IMG/VR virus record: IMGVR_UViG_3300016476_000703 | Coordinates: 1-35,964 of that record | Strand: one strand, 5' to 3' | DNA: 35,964 bases | Origin: a virus | Taxonomy: Duplodnaviria; Caudoviricetes | Part shown: in pieces, positions 16,018 through 26,549 of the stretch | Numbering within the stretch: position 1 is the first letter of the stretch | Layout: the number at the start of each line of letters is the position of its first letter | Notes under the pieces: model-generated | What the model was told of the DNA's origin: nothing | Seen by the model: only the letters and a program-made list of their open reading frames with translations | Databases searched by the model: none | Position numbers and translations under genes: made by a program

Positions 16018-17411
16018 TGTCACTTTTCTTTTACGATAAACAAGTAAGACGTTGGATACAACAAATTATTGCAGTGTTTAGTCACTTTGAAGTTCAAATT
16101 GGAGTTGATACAGCTGGTGCACCAACTTATCGACGTGTACCAGTTCGCTATGGCGACATTAGTCGTATGGCTGCTTCGATAATAAAAGAAAACAGCGAGA
16201 ACAAAATGAACACTGTTCCTATAATGACTGTAAGTATAACAAGTCTAAAATACGACAAGGAACGTATTCAAAATCCTACTCACGTAGATAAGATGCATAT
16301 ACGTGAAAGAAAGTATAATGAAGAGACGAATACCTACAGCATATATCAAGGTAATGCAGTAACAGTAGAAAGAATTATGCCTGTTCCATATGAAATGACA
16401 TTTAACTTGGATATATGGACAAGTAATACAGAACAAAAGTTACAATTACTTGAACAAATTTTACCTTTGTTTAATCCTGATTTAGAACTACAATCAACTG
16501 ATAATTTTATTGATTGGACTAGCTTAAGCTACATTATATTAGATGATGTTAATTGGTCTAGTAGATCTATACCACAAGGAACTGAAGATCAAATTGACGT
16601 AACTACATTAACATTTAAATTACCTATGTGGTTAAGTTTACCAGCAAAAGTTAAAAAGCTTGGAGTAATACAAACTATTGTTGCTAGCTTGTATGATGCC
16701 AAAGGTGATGTTAATGAAGATATTATCAACACAGCAAATCTATTAAAAAATAGAATGTATATTACGCCAACAGGTTATAACTTATTATTACTAAATGGAC
16801 AAGCAACATTAACCCCTGCTATGGGACCAATTGATAAATCAACTGATCCTGAAAAAAATCCAAATGATCCAATTGCGTGGCAACCGCTTGTTAACTTATA
16901 TGGGCAGTTAATAAATGGAACTAGTCAATTGCGTCTTAGAAAAGATAACCCTGATACTATTAGTGAAATAATTGGAACAGTTGCATATCATCCTGCAGAT
17001 CCAGCAACATTATTGTTTAGTGTAGACATTGATACAATACCATCAAATAGTCTACCACCTGTTAATGCTATAATTGATCCACAAAGATCAGCTCCTAACG
17101 TAGGATTGCCTGCCCCTACGCTTGGTCAAAGATACCTTATTTTAAATGATATTAATAAAAATAAAGATGGAAGTTATGATGGATCAGATGCTTGGAAATC
17201 AAGTTCAGGTCAAGATTTAATTGCAAAAGCAAATGATATTATAACTTATAATGGAACAGGTTGGGAACTATCGTGGGATAGTTCAGGTATTACAAAAGTT
17301 GAATATGTAACTAATTTAAAAACAGGAATACAGTATAAGTGGGCTAGTAATAAATGGCAAAAAAGCTATGAAGGTTTTTATCCTGCAGGACAATGGAGTT
17401 TAGTTCTGTAA
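16017..17411 (+). CDS. gp15: tail terminator/sheath stabiliser with C-terminal extra domains
   Basis: FFYDKQVRRWI.Q...VF, VPVRYG, PVPYEMTFNLDIWT...QKLQLLEQILPLFNP motifs. Confidence 0.88.
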   Translation: MSLFFYDKQVRRWIQQIIAVFSHFEVQIGVDTAGAPTYRRVPVRYGDISRMAASIIKENSENKMNTVPIMTVSITSLKYDKERIQNPTHVDKMHIRERKYNEETNTYSIYQGNAVTVERIMPVPYEMTFNLDIWTSNTEQKLQLLEQILPLFNPDLELQSTDNFIDWTSLSYIILDDVNWSSRSIPQGTEDQIDVTTLTFKLPMWLSLPAKVKKLGVIQTIVASLYDAKGDVNEDIINTANLLKNRMYITPTGYNLLLLNGQATLTPAMGPIDKSTDPEKNPNDPIAWQPLVNLYGQLINGTSQLRLRKDNPDTISEIIGTVAYHPADPATLLFSVDIDTIPSNSLPPVNAIIDPQRSAPNVGLPAPTLGQRYLILNDINKNKDGSYDGSDAWKSSSGQDLIAKANDIITYNGTGWELSWDSSGITKVEYVTNLKTGIQYKWASNKWQKSYEGFYPAGQWSLVL

Positions 17412-17424
17412 TATATACAGTATA

Positions 17425-17874
17425 ATGTCTAAAAAAGTTCAAAAAATTATTCAAGCTACAGGTGCTTTATTTTTAGCACGAAGCACACAACGGTATTTGT
17501 TTTTATTACGGGATGATGATACTCATAGTAATACTTGGGGTTTAGTTGGCGGCAGAGTTGAAAATAAAGAACAAATTATAGAATGTTTGCACAGAGAGAT
17601 TATAGAAGAAATAGGCAAAGTAGATAATATTGTAAAGATAATTCCATTAGATCTTTACACAAGTCAAGATGAAAAATTTGAGTATCATACTTTTGCGTGT
17701 ATCGTAGAAAACGAGTTTATACCTAAACTAAATTATGAACACAAAGGTTATTGTTGGACAACTTTAGATGGTATTCCTAAACCAATACATCCTGCACTCT
17801 ATAATTCAATACAGTTAACTGAACTGAAAGATAAATTAAAAAGTTTAGAAGAAATTATATATCAGCTAAGCTGA
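17425..17874 (+). CDS. Nudix hydrolase
   Basis: Nudix box G-RVENK-E-QIIECLH-REIIEEIG; NYEH...CW; PIHP. Confidence 0.9.
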   Translation: MSKKVQKIIQATGALFLARSTQRYLFLLRDDDTHSNTWGLVGGRVENKEQIIECLHREIIEEIGKVDNIVKIIPLDLYTSQDEKFEYHTFACIVENEFIPKLNYEHKGYCWTTLDGIPKPIHPALYNSIQLTELKDKLKSLEEIIYQLS

Positions 17875-18607
17875 CAAATGTTCTAACATCAATAACTTTG
17901 TAATTAGAAAATTTTAATAGTGAACGCGCATTTGGTGGATTTGCATTTAATCTATAAAACATTGTTTTAGGATAAGCAGCAATAACTCTTCCTAAATCTT
18001 CCTGCCATTTATTATCATTTATTTCTTCATTTTCATTTGGATAAAACTGTGAACCTGTGTAGATATGATTTGCTACATTTTCAGGACAACCATCAAACCC
18101 TATTAAGAAAACTTTTGTTGCACCGTGATAACATGCTAACATAGCAGCAGTTGAACCAGCATCCATATTATGATTTATAGGAATTAAATTCATATCAGGA
18201 TTAACTCGATAAATTTCTGGTCTAGTATAACATACGCTATGCAATTCTTTAGGAGTTTTACTTGCAATTAATTTGTTAGTAATTACTAAAAAATCAGGAT
18301 TAAAATCAGTATAAGCTAAATTGCATCCGTAAAGTACATTGTAGTAGTTAATAATTTTTTTATTATTACTACGAACTATTTTTTCAATTAAATCTTTTGT
18401 TCTTGTTTTTCCGTTGCCAAAAACAATTGCACTAGAATTTGATCTATAAAAATTTATTTTATTTTCAACAAACTCTCTTGATAATTCATCGCCAATTGTC
18501 CAATTAACATATTCACCTAAATAATCCTGTGCAGTAATAGCAGTTATAGGTTTAGGTTGTGTTGGTGGTACTATTGTTTTTATAATGTTATCTGTAACAA
18601 ATGGCAT
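17855..18607 (-). CDS. Maf/MptE/CstI-like Rossmann-fold protein (putative sugar transferase)
   Basis: AIVFGNGKTR, YGCNLAY..F.PDFLV, AGSTAAMLA..HGATKVFLIGFDG. Confidence 0.55.
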   Translation of the reverse strand: MPFVTDNIIKTIVPPTQPKPITAITAQDYLGEYVNWTIGDELSREFVENKINFYRSNSSAIVFGNGKTRTKDLIEKIVRSNNKKIINYYNVLYGCNLAYTDFNPDFLVITNKLIASKTPKELHSVCYTRPEIYRVNPDMNLIPINHNMDAGSTAAMLACYHGATKVFLIGFDGCPENVANHIYTGSQFYPNENEEINDNKWQEDLGRVIAAYPKTMFYRLNANPPNARSLLKFSNYKVIDVRTFVSLADI

Positions 18608-18616
18608 TATTTTATT

Positions 18617-19762
18617 TTATAATCTACCTATTAGAATTTCTATAATTGATTTAGATCCGTGATTAGATTCAAGTGCCTTGCCTACAACTTTTCCAGTTAA
18701 GTCTTCTGTCGATAATGTAGATGTTGCTACTCCGGCATTATTACTTACTACTAATAAATCACCTTTTTTAACATCACCTTCTACTTTACAAGGAACGCGA
18801 CCAAGATAAGATACTGCTACTACGTTATCACCTTCTAATCCATCATTCATTATAAATCCTGGATTTTCACTAACAGTTCCAACTATAGTTCTTGAATCTT
18901 TTGTTGCAGCAGTTACTTCTGCATTGCCACCAATCATTAATACAGTACCAATATCATAATCTGCATCTGCTATAAATTTTTCTGCCAAGTCAGCGTAGTT
19001 AGCTCTGGATGCAAGCGCATAAACGTTTGCAAACCATAATGTTGCGCTGCCTAACGCTAACGTGTTTGATGAGCTTGGAACCATACTATCATTCAACACA
19101 ATAACACCAGTACCGTTTGTATCTAATACAATGTTGGAATTAGTAGCAGTTGAACTTATAGTATTGCCATCTATTCTTATATTATCAACGTTAAGAATTC
19201 CGGTAACAGTTAATGCGCCGGTACTTGGTAACCAAGTTAGTTTTGTAGTAGTAATATCTGCTGCTTGGTTACCAGTCCCGCCAACAAATACTGGATATTC
19301 TACGCTTGCACCAGAAGTATTATCAGTTACACTTAATACACTAAGTGTAGATGCTGAACCAGTAAAACCAATTGATCCTGTAAACCCGCGTGATCCAGTA
19401 AATCCTTGTACAGTACTTGCGCTGCCGGTAAATCCAACTTCACCTCTTGATCCAGTAAAACCTATACTTCCAGTAAATCCTTGTACAGTACTTGCGCTGC
19501 CGGTAAATCCTCTATCACCTTGTGATCCAGTAAATCCACGGCTACCAGTAAAACCAAGTGATCCTGTAAAACCAATGCTACCAGTAAATCCTGTATCACC
19601 TCTAGAACCAGTATATCCTAGATTACCAATTGAACCAGTATAACCAGGTTGTGTAGTTGTAGCAGATTTCCATGCACCAGCAGCACTACTATAAATCCAT
19701 GTTCTGCCTGCTGCTGAATACGTTTGACCATCTGACGGACTTGTTGGGAAATCTAAAGCCAT
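18617..19762 (-). CDS. short fibre protein: collagen-like GFTGS repeats plus C-terminal intramolecular-chaperone/autocleavage (peptidase G2-like) domain
   Basis: N-terminal MALDFPTSPSDGQTY..W module; repeats at about 19360-19650; YADLAEKF.AD...GTV..IGG ... GRVPCKV.G...KGDLLV ... VGKALE. Confidence 0.75.
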   Translation of the reverse strand: MALDFPTSPSDGQTYSAAGRTWIYSSAAGAWKSATTTQPGYTGSIGNLGYTGSRGDTGFTGSIGFTGSLGFTGSRGFTGSQGDRGFTGSASTVQGFTGSIGFTGSRGEVGFTGSASTVQGFTGSRGFTGSIGFTGSASTLSVLSVTDNTSGASVEYPVFVGGTGNQAADITTTKLTWLPSTGALTVTGILNVDNIRIDGNTISSTATNSNIVLDTNGTGVIVLNDSMVPSSSNTLALGSATLWFANVYALASRANYADLAEKFIADADYDIGTVLMIGGNAEVTAATKDSRTIVGTVSENPGFIMNDGLEGDNVVAVSYLGRVPCKVEGDVKKGDLLVVSNNAGVATSTLSTEDLTGKVVGKALESNHGSKSIIEILIGRL

Positions 19763-19793
19763 TGATTATACCTTTTATTAACTACATATTTAG

Positions 19794-21032
19794 TTATCCT
19801 AAATATGTAGTACCTAAATCAATCAAAGCGATATGAGCGGCACCCATACCGGCTACTGTTGCTGAGTTTTCAATTCGATATCTCCAAGCAATAGTATTAC
19901 TTGCTTGTGTAAAGGAAATTACACCTACATAAAATATACATATATAAGGTGAACCTGTTGCTGTGTGTGCTTCAAATACCCAATCTATAGTATTATAGTT
20001 TACTGATGTAGTAGTATTAAATAATTGAGCAAACGCAGAATTTGATGTATCACCGCCTGTTAAGGTACAAGTAGCAATTAATAAATGCGAATTGGAAGGA
20101 TTTGCTATATTAAAAGCCGAAGACACTTTATTAACAAATGAAGTACTCGATGTTGTTGTTAGATTTTGATCTTGAACATAATAATAATTAAGCATCTCCG
20201 TTGGCGTAGATGTACTTGTTCCAATATAGATTGCAACTAAACTGGCTTCTCGCATAGTAGTAGTATCAGTACCGTTTGATCCAAACTGCAAACTTACAAC
20301 TGTGTTTGCAAGAAGTTGCACTGTTCCTGATAAATTAACTGGAATATAGTTAGTTGTATCTTTTCTATGCATTGCACCATATGCAGCTATTTCAATATCG
20401 TTAGTTTGATTATAAATTAACCTAGCTCGAGATATTGTTCCAGTAGCGGACATATTCATCGATGCAGTTCCAATTATTAAATAGAATCCAGCTTTATCAA
20501 CTGTGACAGTACACTTTGTAGTATAACTAGTTACATAGTTAGTAGTGGTAGCAGTCGCTCCAGCTGAGTGAACAAATTTGTCGTCTCTCTCTAATTGCAA
20601 AACTGCTGCTTCAACTCCTTGCCATCCTACTGTTACTCCGGCTGTTTCGGATCCTGCTTTTATGCCTATAACATTATTTGTGTTATCACCTGTAAATGCA
20701 TATATACCACCAAAAGAAAATCTATCAGTTGTATCCTGTGGTTCAACGTTAAATCTTAATTTATCGCCTATATCATCATAACACGCAACTATCACATCAT
20801 CAGTAGTAGTACTAGCATCAGCAGTTGCTCTAAATAATGAAACATAATTTTTAGTTGATGGCAGCGTTAGTGTGCCATAACTATTACTTAGATACCCTTG
20901 TGTTCCAACAGGTCCTGTTATAGTTTCCCTTGTAGTTATCTCGCCGAGATTTTCAAGACCAGCCTCTAATATTCTAGTTGATATATTAGTACTGCCTCCA
21001 AAACTCACTAGCATTTGTTGCATTGCTGACAT
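19794..21032 (-). CDS. putative virion fibre-tip/structural protein
   Basis: Thr/Ser-rich, beta-strand character; MSAMQQMLV start; abuts the upstream fibre gene. Confidence 0.5.
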   Translation of the reverse strand: MSAMQQMLVSFGGSTNISTRILEAGLENLGEITTRETITGPVGTQGYLSNSYGTLTLPSTKNYVSLFRATADASTTTDDVIVACYDDIGDKLRFNVEPQDTTDRFSFGGIYAFTGDNTNNVIGIKAGSETAGVTVGWQGVEAAVLQLERDDKFVHSAGATATTTNYVTSYTTKCTVTVDKAGFYLIIGTASMNMSATGTISRARLIYNQTNDIEIAAYGAMHRKDTTNYIPVNLSGTVQLLANTVVSLQFGSNGTDTTTMREASLVAIYIGTSTSTPTEMLNYYYVQDQNLTTTSSTSFVNKVSSAFNIANPSNSHLLIATCTLTGGDTSNSAFAQLFNTTTSVNYNTIDWVFEAHTATGSPYICIFYVGVISFTQASNTIAWRYRIENSATVAGMGAAHIALIDLGTTYLG

Positions 21033-21033
21033 A

Positions 21034-21726
21034 TTATGTTAATCCTGCTCCTGATATTACAAATGTATTAGCTGCTACGCAAAGTACAGTTGCTATACCT
21101 CTCTGTGCCAGTGTTCTGTTACCTGTTGTAGCTGTACCAGCTAGATACATAGTCACTGATCCGCCTTGCGTAATTGTTTGATTGCTTGTACTATCGTTAA
21201 AAATTGATATTGCATCACCTGTTGAAAAAACAGCATTTGGAACTGTTACACCACCAACAGTAATATCTATAACTTTGCCTGCATCAGATGCAGTTAGTAC
21301 ATAGGCACTGGATTGACTATTTAGAACTAAATCTCTTACATCACCTTTTGAGTCAATAATGTTTCCAGATGCTACTGTTAAGTTAGTTCCGTTATAGGTA
21401 AAGTTTGCGCTACCAGTAAGGGTACCACTTGAGTTATACTGTACATGCGTATTGCTACCCGCTGCTGCTGGAATGTAATTACTGTTGCCTATTTCTACCC
21501 ACTGACTACTTGTACCGTCATTGTAATAAATGTAAACGGTGCCATCGTCTTCATCAAACCATATGTTGCCATCAACTGCACCAGCTGGCGGAGTTGTAGA
21601 CGTTGCAACTGTAGCTGCACTGCCAGTAAACCCTGCTTGTGAGCTTGCAGATCCAGTAAACCCACGTGATCCGGTATACCCGATTGGGGAAAATGCTGAA
21701 AGTATATCTGTTGCTAAAACTACCAT
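21034..21726 (-). CDS. fibre-associated structural protein
   Basis: Three GxTGS units, a PPAGAVDGNIWFD...W module and a C-terminal YVLTASDAGK...TFVISGAGLT domain typical of phage fibre adaptors. Confidence 0.6.
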   Translation of the reverse strand: MVVLATDILSAFSPIGYTGSRGFTGSASSQAGFTGSAATVATSTTPPAGAVDGNIWFDEDDGTVYIYYNDGTSSQWVEIGNSNYIPAAAGSNTHVQYNSSGTLTGSANFTYNGTNLTVASGNIIDSKGDVRDLVLNSQSSAYVLTASDAGKVIDITVGGVTVPNAVFSTGDAISIFNDSTSNQTITQGGSVTMYLAGTATTGNRTLAQRGIATVLCVAANTFVISGAGLT

Positions 21727-21745
21727 TCTTTTTCCTAATCAATAA

Positions 21746-24661
21746 TTATGCTTGTGCTTCTGCCCACCTTAGAAGAATGTGTCCTGATCCAGTACCAGCA
21801 GTAAGACGAACGTTAATAGCTAAAATATCAGAGCCATCTGGATATTGGAAATCGCCGCCAAGTGGTGCACCAGTTAATTCTTTCAATTGTTCAAGATCAA
21901 GTCTGTCGTTAACTGCACCTGAAGCAGTAGCAGGTCCAGCAAACGCAAAGACCTGCTCTCCTGGTACTGCAACTGTTCCCGCTGACCAAGTAACAGTAGT
22001 AGCAACCTGCGCGAGACTTGGCTGACCACCTACAGATTCAGTGTTAAGCGGCAACCATGTTGCAGAAGAAAAATTCTTAGGATTCAACACGCCTTCAACG
22101 ATAACAGCGCCAGGGTTTGTGCCACCTGAAACAGACACACCAACTGCTTGTAGCAGAAGCTGAGAACGATTTAGAAGGTCTCTTACTCCGAGACCACCAA
22201 CTTGGCTGTTTGAAACAGATGGCGCTAAACGAATTAGGAACGCAGTTTGGTTCGCTGTTGTGAGACTCAAACCAATACGCTGATAGTTAAAGATATATCC
22301 GCGATCTTTTGTGAATCCACCATCCATGATCAGTGCTGATCCCCAGTGACTTAATGTAGGTGAGCATGTATTGCTTATTAAAATTACACCGGCGCCCGAA
22401 TTGTGTGAGGCTGCTGCTCCAGCTGTAAAGCTAGATGATGTACCTACTTGCCATTGTGTTAGTGTTGCTGCACGAGTTGCACCGGTAAGATTTCCTGCAC
22501 CACTTGCTGCTGATTTACCAGTATAACTTATCATTTCATTATCTATGTATACTATACCTGCAGTTGGAAAATGTTCTAATGCAGCTACAGGAATAGTTGT
22601 AGCTACGTTAGTAATTGAAGATGTTAAGGAGGTTACTGGACTATCATTTTCAATTGAATAACGAACAGGAAGGTTACCTGATCTCATATATGCTTCATCG
22701 TTAATGTTGTTATTTTTGAGTCTGTGAACAAATACCCAATTACCATCACTACCCCTCACCATGAAATCAACGAATCCTGCACCATACCAAGAATATTGCA
22801 TTCCAACCATTTGCATTTTATTTAGATTAATATTAAATCCACTTGGACCAGTTCCGTCAATCTTATCAATGTTAAATTGCTCTTGTCTAATTCTTAACTC
22901 TTGAATTAAATTACCTTTTACGCCAGTTGCGTTAATGCCTCTATAATCAGGGGAAATAAATATGGAAGTATCACTTGCTACTTGTATAACGTGATGAGTC
23001 ATACCACGAATAACTATTCTATCACCTGCTTTTAACTGTTGGGTGAAGCGTGTATTTGTTCCAGTTACAGCATTAGAGTTTTGAGTAACGGCAAGTGTTC
23101 CACTTAACTGTGCAGTTGCATTTCTTCTTACAACTGATAGAATTTGTCCGTCATATTCCCAAAATAACCCGTTCTGTTCGTCAAATAGTCCTGCTCGAAC
23201 TGCTGCACCAACCCAAGATTTTACATACACTTTTGGACTAATACCTAATACTGCGGTTGTTGCACCAAGAACACTAGTCGCTAAAAATGTGAATTGATAA
23301 TCGCTTGTTATTCCGTTTACAGTATACTGCCCATTATATCCAGATGTTGTTGATCCAGCTATTTCTATAACAGCTCCAACTTGTAAACCATGATCTATAT
23401 CATCTGTAGTAACAGTGATAGTAGAACCTATTGCAGTTCCAGATGCGGTTATACTTCTAATATCATAGTTTGGTCTAAACATCGTACCAGTTGACCAGAG
23501 AAAACCTTTACCTGATTGATATCTAAAGTATCTTTTACTCTGTCTAGCAACGATGGCGCCATAAGTTGGCGTTTTTGTTGATAGAATAACACCACCATCC
23601 TGTGGTCTGTGTAAAATAGTAGCATTTGTAAAGGCATAAAGAGTAACAGTTGCAGGTGTCGTAACTGCACCGCCACCTCTTGCAGTATATGTTAAACTAG
23701 TCAAACTTGGAACGCTCGAAACAACGAACGGGCCAGAAGCGAGTGCCGCGTTAGTTCCAGATGCAACTATAGCGTGAATTGCTGTACCAGGAATTAATCC
23801 GTGCGGGTTTGTAAAGTTTAGTGTAATTACTGATGGCGTTGCCCCGTTACTTGAGGCCGATGCAACTGGAATTGATGCGCCACTATAGAGTGCGCCGCGT
23901 TTGAGTGTTGTAGCATCTGTAAGCAGAGATTGTCCGTTTGCTGTTCCAACTATACCTCTTGCAAAATAAGTGAGAGTAGTCGTTGTTGGCACTGTATTAA
24001 CTATAAAAGTTCCGTCGGCTCTACTAAACCCTGTTGTTCCAGGATTCAAAGCTGCTATGTTAATAACTTGTCCAGCTGTAATTCCGTGAACCGCAGATGT
24101 AGTAATTGTAATCAAACTGTTAGTTGAGCTAGTTGTTGTAAAATCTGTAGTTATAGCAGTAACAGTAAGATCAATACCTGGTAATTCATAACCTGATGGA
24201 TAACCTCGTACTGTACCATACCCAGCCCACTTAGTTGGTTGAAGACCATATTCAAAGTCCGCGTCGATAAGTGATTCTGGATTTGAAACTCGCATACGCT
24301 CAATAGCGTCAGTGCCAAAACTCCAAGGTCTAACAGTAACACCAGTACTTACAGTTTCATCAACTAAAATTTGAAGTTTATCTGTTGAACTTTGTGTAGA
24401 AGTATTTGTTGCTAGCGTAATCGTAGTAAAACCATCTTCTCTTTGTGTTATGGTTGGAAAACTAACTGAATCATTACTAGCTGTAAATGCTACAGTAGTA
24501 CCTGCATATGTTGCATTACCGAAACTATACAATATAACGTTATCAGTAACATTAGTAATTAATAATAATTGTTCTAATGCGTATCTTCCTGGTATTTTTA
24601 CGGTTCCAACTCCAGCAACACCGGGTGTAAAAACGTAATCTCTAATAATTTCCTTAGCCAT
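21746..24661 (-). CDS. large virion structural protein with repeated beta-barrel (FCCH-like) modules
   Basis: Three ITxTTxxxHG(I/L)xxGxxI repeats (ITITTSAVHGITAG, ITLNFTNPHGLIPG, ITVTTDDIDHGLQVG); SLIDADFEYGLQPTKW; YFRYQSGKG; WYGAGF. Confidence 0.65.
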   Translation of the reverse strand: MAKEIIRDYVFTPGVAGVGTVKIPGRYALEQLLLITNVTDNVILYSFGNATYAGTTVAFTASNDSVSFPTITQREDGFTTITLATNTSTQSSTDKLQILVDETVSTGVTVRPWSFGTDAIERMRVSNPESLIDADFEYGLQPTKWAGYGTVRGYPSGYELPGIDLTVTAITTDFTTTSSTNSLITITTSAVHGITAGQVINIAALNPGTTGFSRADGTFIVNTVPTTTTLTYFARGIVGTANGQSLLTDATTLKRGALYSGASIPVASASSNGATPSVITLNFTNPHGLIPGTAIHAIVASGTNAALASGPFVVSSVPSLTSLTYTARGGGAVTTPATVTLYAFTNATILHRPQDGGVILSTKTPTYGAIVARQSKRYFRYQSGKGFLWSTGTMFRPNYDIRSITASGTAIGSTITVTTDDIDHGLQVGAVIEIAGSTTSGYNGQYTVNGITSDYQFTFLATSVLGATTAVLGISPKVYVKSWVGAAVRAGLFDEQNGLFWEYDGQILSVVRRNATAQLSGTLAVTQNSNAVTGTNTRFTQQLKAGDRIVIRGMTHHVIQVASDTSIFISPDYRGINATGVKGNLIQELRIRQEQFNIDKIDGTGPSGFNINLNKMQMVGMQYSWYGAGFVDFMVRGSDGNWVFVHRLKNNNINDEAYMRSGNLPVRYSIENDSPVTSLTSSITNVATTIPVAALEHFPTAGIVYIDNEMISYTGKSAASGAGNLTGATRAATLTQWQVGTSSSFTAGAAASHNSGAGVILISNTCSPTLSHWGSALIMDGGFTKDRGYIFNYQRIGLSLTTANQTAFLIRLAPSVSNSQVGGLGVRDLLNRSQLLLQAVGVSVSGGTNPGAVIVEGVLNPKNFSSATWLPLNTESVGGQPSLAQVATTVTWSAGTVAVPGEQVFAFAGPATASGAVNDRLDLEQLKELTGAPLGGDFQYPDGSDILAINVRLTAGTGSGHILLRWAEAQA

Positions 24662-24677
24662 TGTTTATTTTTTTCCT

Positions 24678-25868
24678 TTAGATGCCTAATGATATAGCGT
24701 AAATCATCGCAGTATCATCAGCAATAAATCCAGTTGGGCCTCTTGCACCAGTAGTTGATGTAATTTGCCAAGTAGTACCATCATATATAAATTCAATAGT
24801 TGTTTGTGGGATATTTATTGCTAGTGTATCATTGATTCCTTCAATAGTTGCACCAGCAAAGTTAACTAGTAGATTATTTGTTGCCCAGTTTCCGCCGTCA
24901 GTTATTTGAACATATGCACCAACTGCAGGCGATGATGGCATAGTGACTGTAAATGATCCCGCAGTTGTATTTGCTATGAACCTATCGCCGTCTACCGCAG
25001 TATAATTTGAAGTTTTAACAGACCATGCTTGTAATGCACCTCTTGATCCAGTAAAGCCTGTAATGCTGGCACCAGCACTACCAGTAAATCCAATGCTACC
25101 TGTAAATCCAGCGAAACCACTACCTGTAAATCCAATGCTACCTGTAAAACCAATTGATCCAGTAAAACCATTGCTACCGCTAAACCCACGTGACCCGGTA
25201 AAGCCAATGCTACCTGTAAAACCTATACTGCCAGTAAAACCAGCTTGTGTACTTGCGCTACCAGTAAAGCCAACTGATCCAGTAAAACCAGCTTGTGTAC
25301 TTGCGCTACCAGTAAAGCCAACTGATCCTGTAAATCCTAAGTTGCTTGACCAACTCATTACACCAGAACCATTAGTGACTAAAACTTGACCGTTTGTTCC
25401 GTCAGCAGCAGGCAATGTATAAGTTACGTTTGCACTTACTGTTGCATTTGCTTTTAATGCTGTAAAATGCGTGTTATCAGTATCATAGAATTTAACACTA
25501 CCAGCTGACAAACTTGCTATATTACCTGATACTTGAACTTTATCTGTTGATATACTCGTACCAGTACCAAATAGTACATTACCACTGAACTGTGCTACTG
25601 TAATTGTTCCATTTGCATTTACTTCAATACTTGGAATTCCTGAAACATCATTAACAGAAAAAATTGCCCCAGTTAAATCATTTGTGATAGAGAATAATTG
25701 TCCAGCAGAACCTTCAAAACTAAGTGTACCGTTTGAATCTGGATAAGCTCTTAGTGTAATCGTTTGTGGACCAACGCTCGCATTAGCACCTTGAAATACA
25801 ATCTTTGGATCATCTGTTGATGACCCAACTGCTGGTGTAATTAAAATGTTTTTATCACTATTAGCCAA
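24678..25868 (-). CDS. fibre protein with collagen-like GFTGS repeats
   Basis: TTG start with GGAG SD; repeats at about 25040-25340; YTLPAADGTNGQVLVTNGSG; C-terminal YTAVDGDRF.ANT..GSFTVTMP domain and AMIYAISLG tail. Confidence 0.7.
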   Translation of the reverse strand: MANSDKNILITPAVGSSTDDPKIVFQGANASVGPQTITLRAYPDSNGTLSFEGSAGQLFSITNDLTGAIFSVNDVSGIPSIEVNANGTITVAQFSGNVLFGTGTSISTDKVQVSGNIASLSAGSVKFYDTDNTHFTALKANATVSANVTYTLPAADGTNGQVLVTNGSGVMSWSSNLGFTGSVGFTGSASTQAGFTGSVGFTGSASTQAGFTGSIGFTGSIGFTGSRGFSGSNGFTGSIGFTGSIGFTGSGFAGFTGSIGFTGSAGASITGFTGSRGALQAWSVKTSNYTAVDGDRFIANTTAGSFTVTMPSSPAVGAYVQITDGGNWATNNLLVNFAGATIEGINDTLAINIPQTTIEFIYDGTTWQITSTTGARGPTGFIADDTAMIYAISLGI

Positions 25869-25889
25869 TTATATTCTCCAAAGTATTTA

Positions 25890-26549
25890 TTAAACCCCAA
25901 ATCTTCCTCTTAGCGCATTAAAATTTTGTCTAATTTGAGAAACTGTTAGTCCTATATTATAAATTGAAAAAGCAGAAACATCACCGCTAGTAAATTGACC
26001 GGTAGTGTGTTGCGATCTCATTAACCATAATGCTGTAACGGCTAAACTTATATTAGTAGTCATTGTAAAAGGAGTACCAGTTAAAGTTCCATTAATGTAC
26101 ATACTAACTGTAGAACTGGAGCGCACAAAAACTACGTTATACCATACATTAGTTGAGCGAGTCCAACTAAATGTTCCTGCAAGAGCACCTTCTGCATATA
26201 CTGTGACAGTATTACTTTCACATCGAAATAGTAATGTATCAGTCCAAGACCCATTTTCAATTAAAGTATCAACTGAATCAATTGATGCAAATCTAACCCA
26301 AATAGAATATGTAAAATCACCTGTGCCGTGTGACAAATCAGTATTGCCCATAGAAATGTAAGTAGTGTCAGATGATATAGTAAAATATGGATTCGTGTAA
26401 GTTGGTGTTCCGTTAACTGTAACAGTTCTTCCACTTCTAGTTAAATCTGTCATAGAAGTCCCGGTTCCAGGATATGATTTAGTATTACCAGGGTCAATGC
26501 TGCATAATAATCCGCTTGTAATAAGTTCTGGACCAGCATAAACACTCAT
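25890..26549 (-). CDS. LamG/concanavalin A-like lectin domain protein
   Basis: FTYSIWVR, WYNVVFVR, MYING, IYN..LT..QI.QNFNALRGRFG. Confidence 0.8.
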   Translation of the reverse strand: MSVYAGPELITSGLLCSIDPGNTKSYPGTGTSMTDLTRSGRTVTVNGTPTYTNPYFTISSDTTYISMGNTDLSHGTGDFTYSIWVRFASIDSVDTLIENGSWTDTLLFRCESNTVTVYAEGALAGTFSWTRSTNVWYNVVFVRSSSTVSMYINGTLTGTPFTMTTNISLAVTALWLMRSQHTTGQFTSGDVSAFSIYNIGLTVSQIRQNFNALRGRFGV

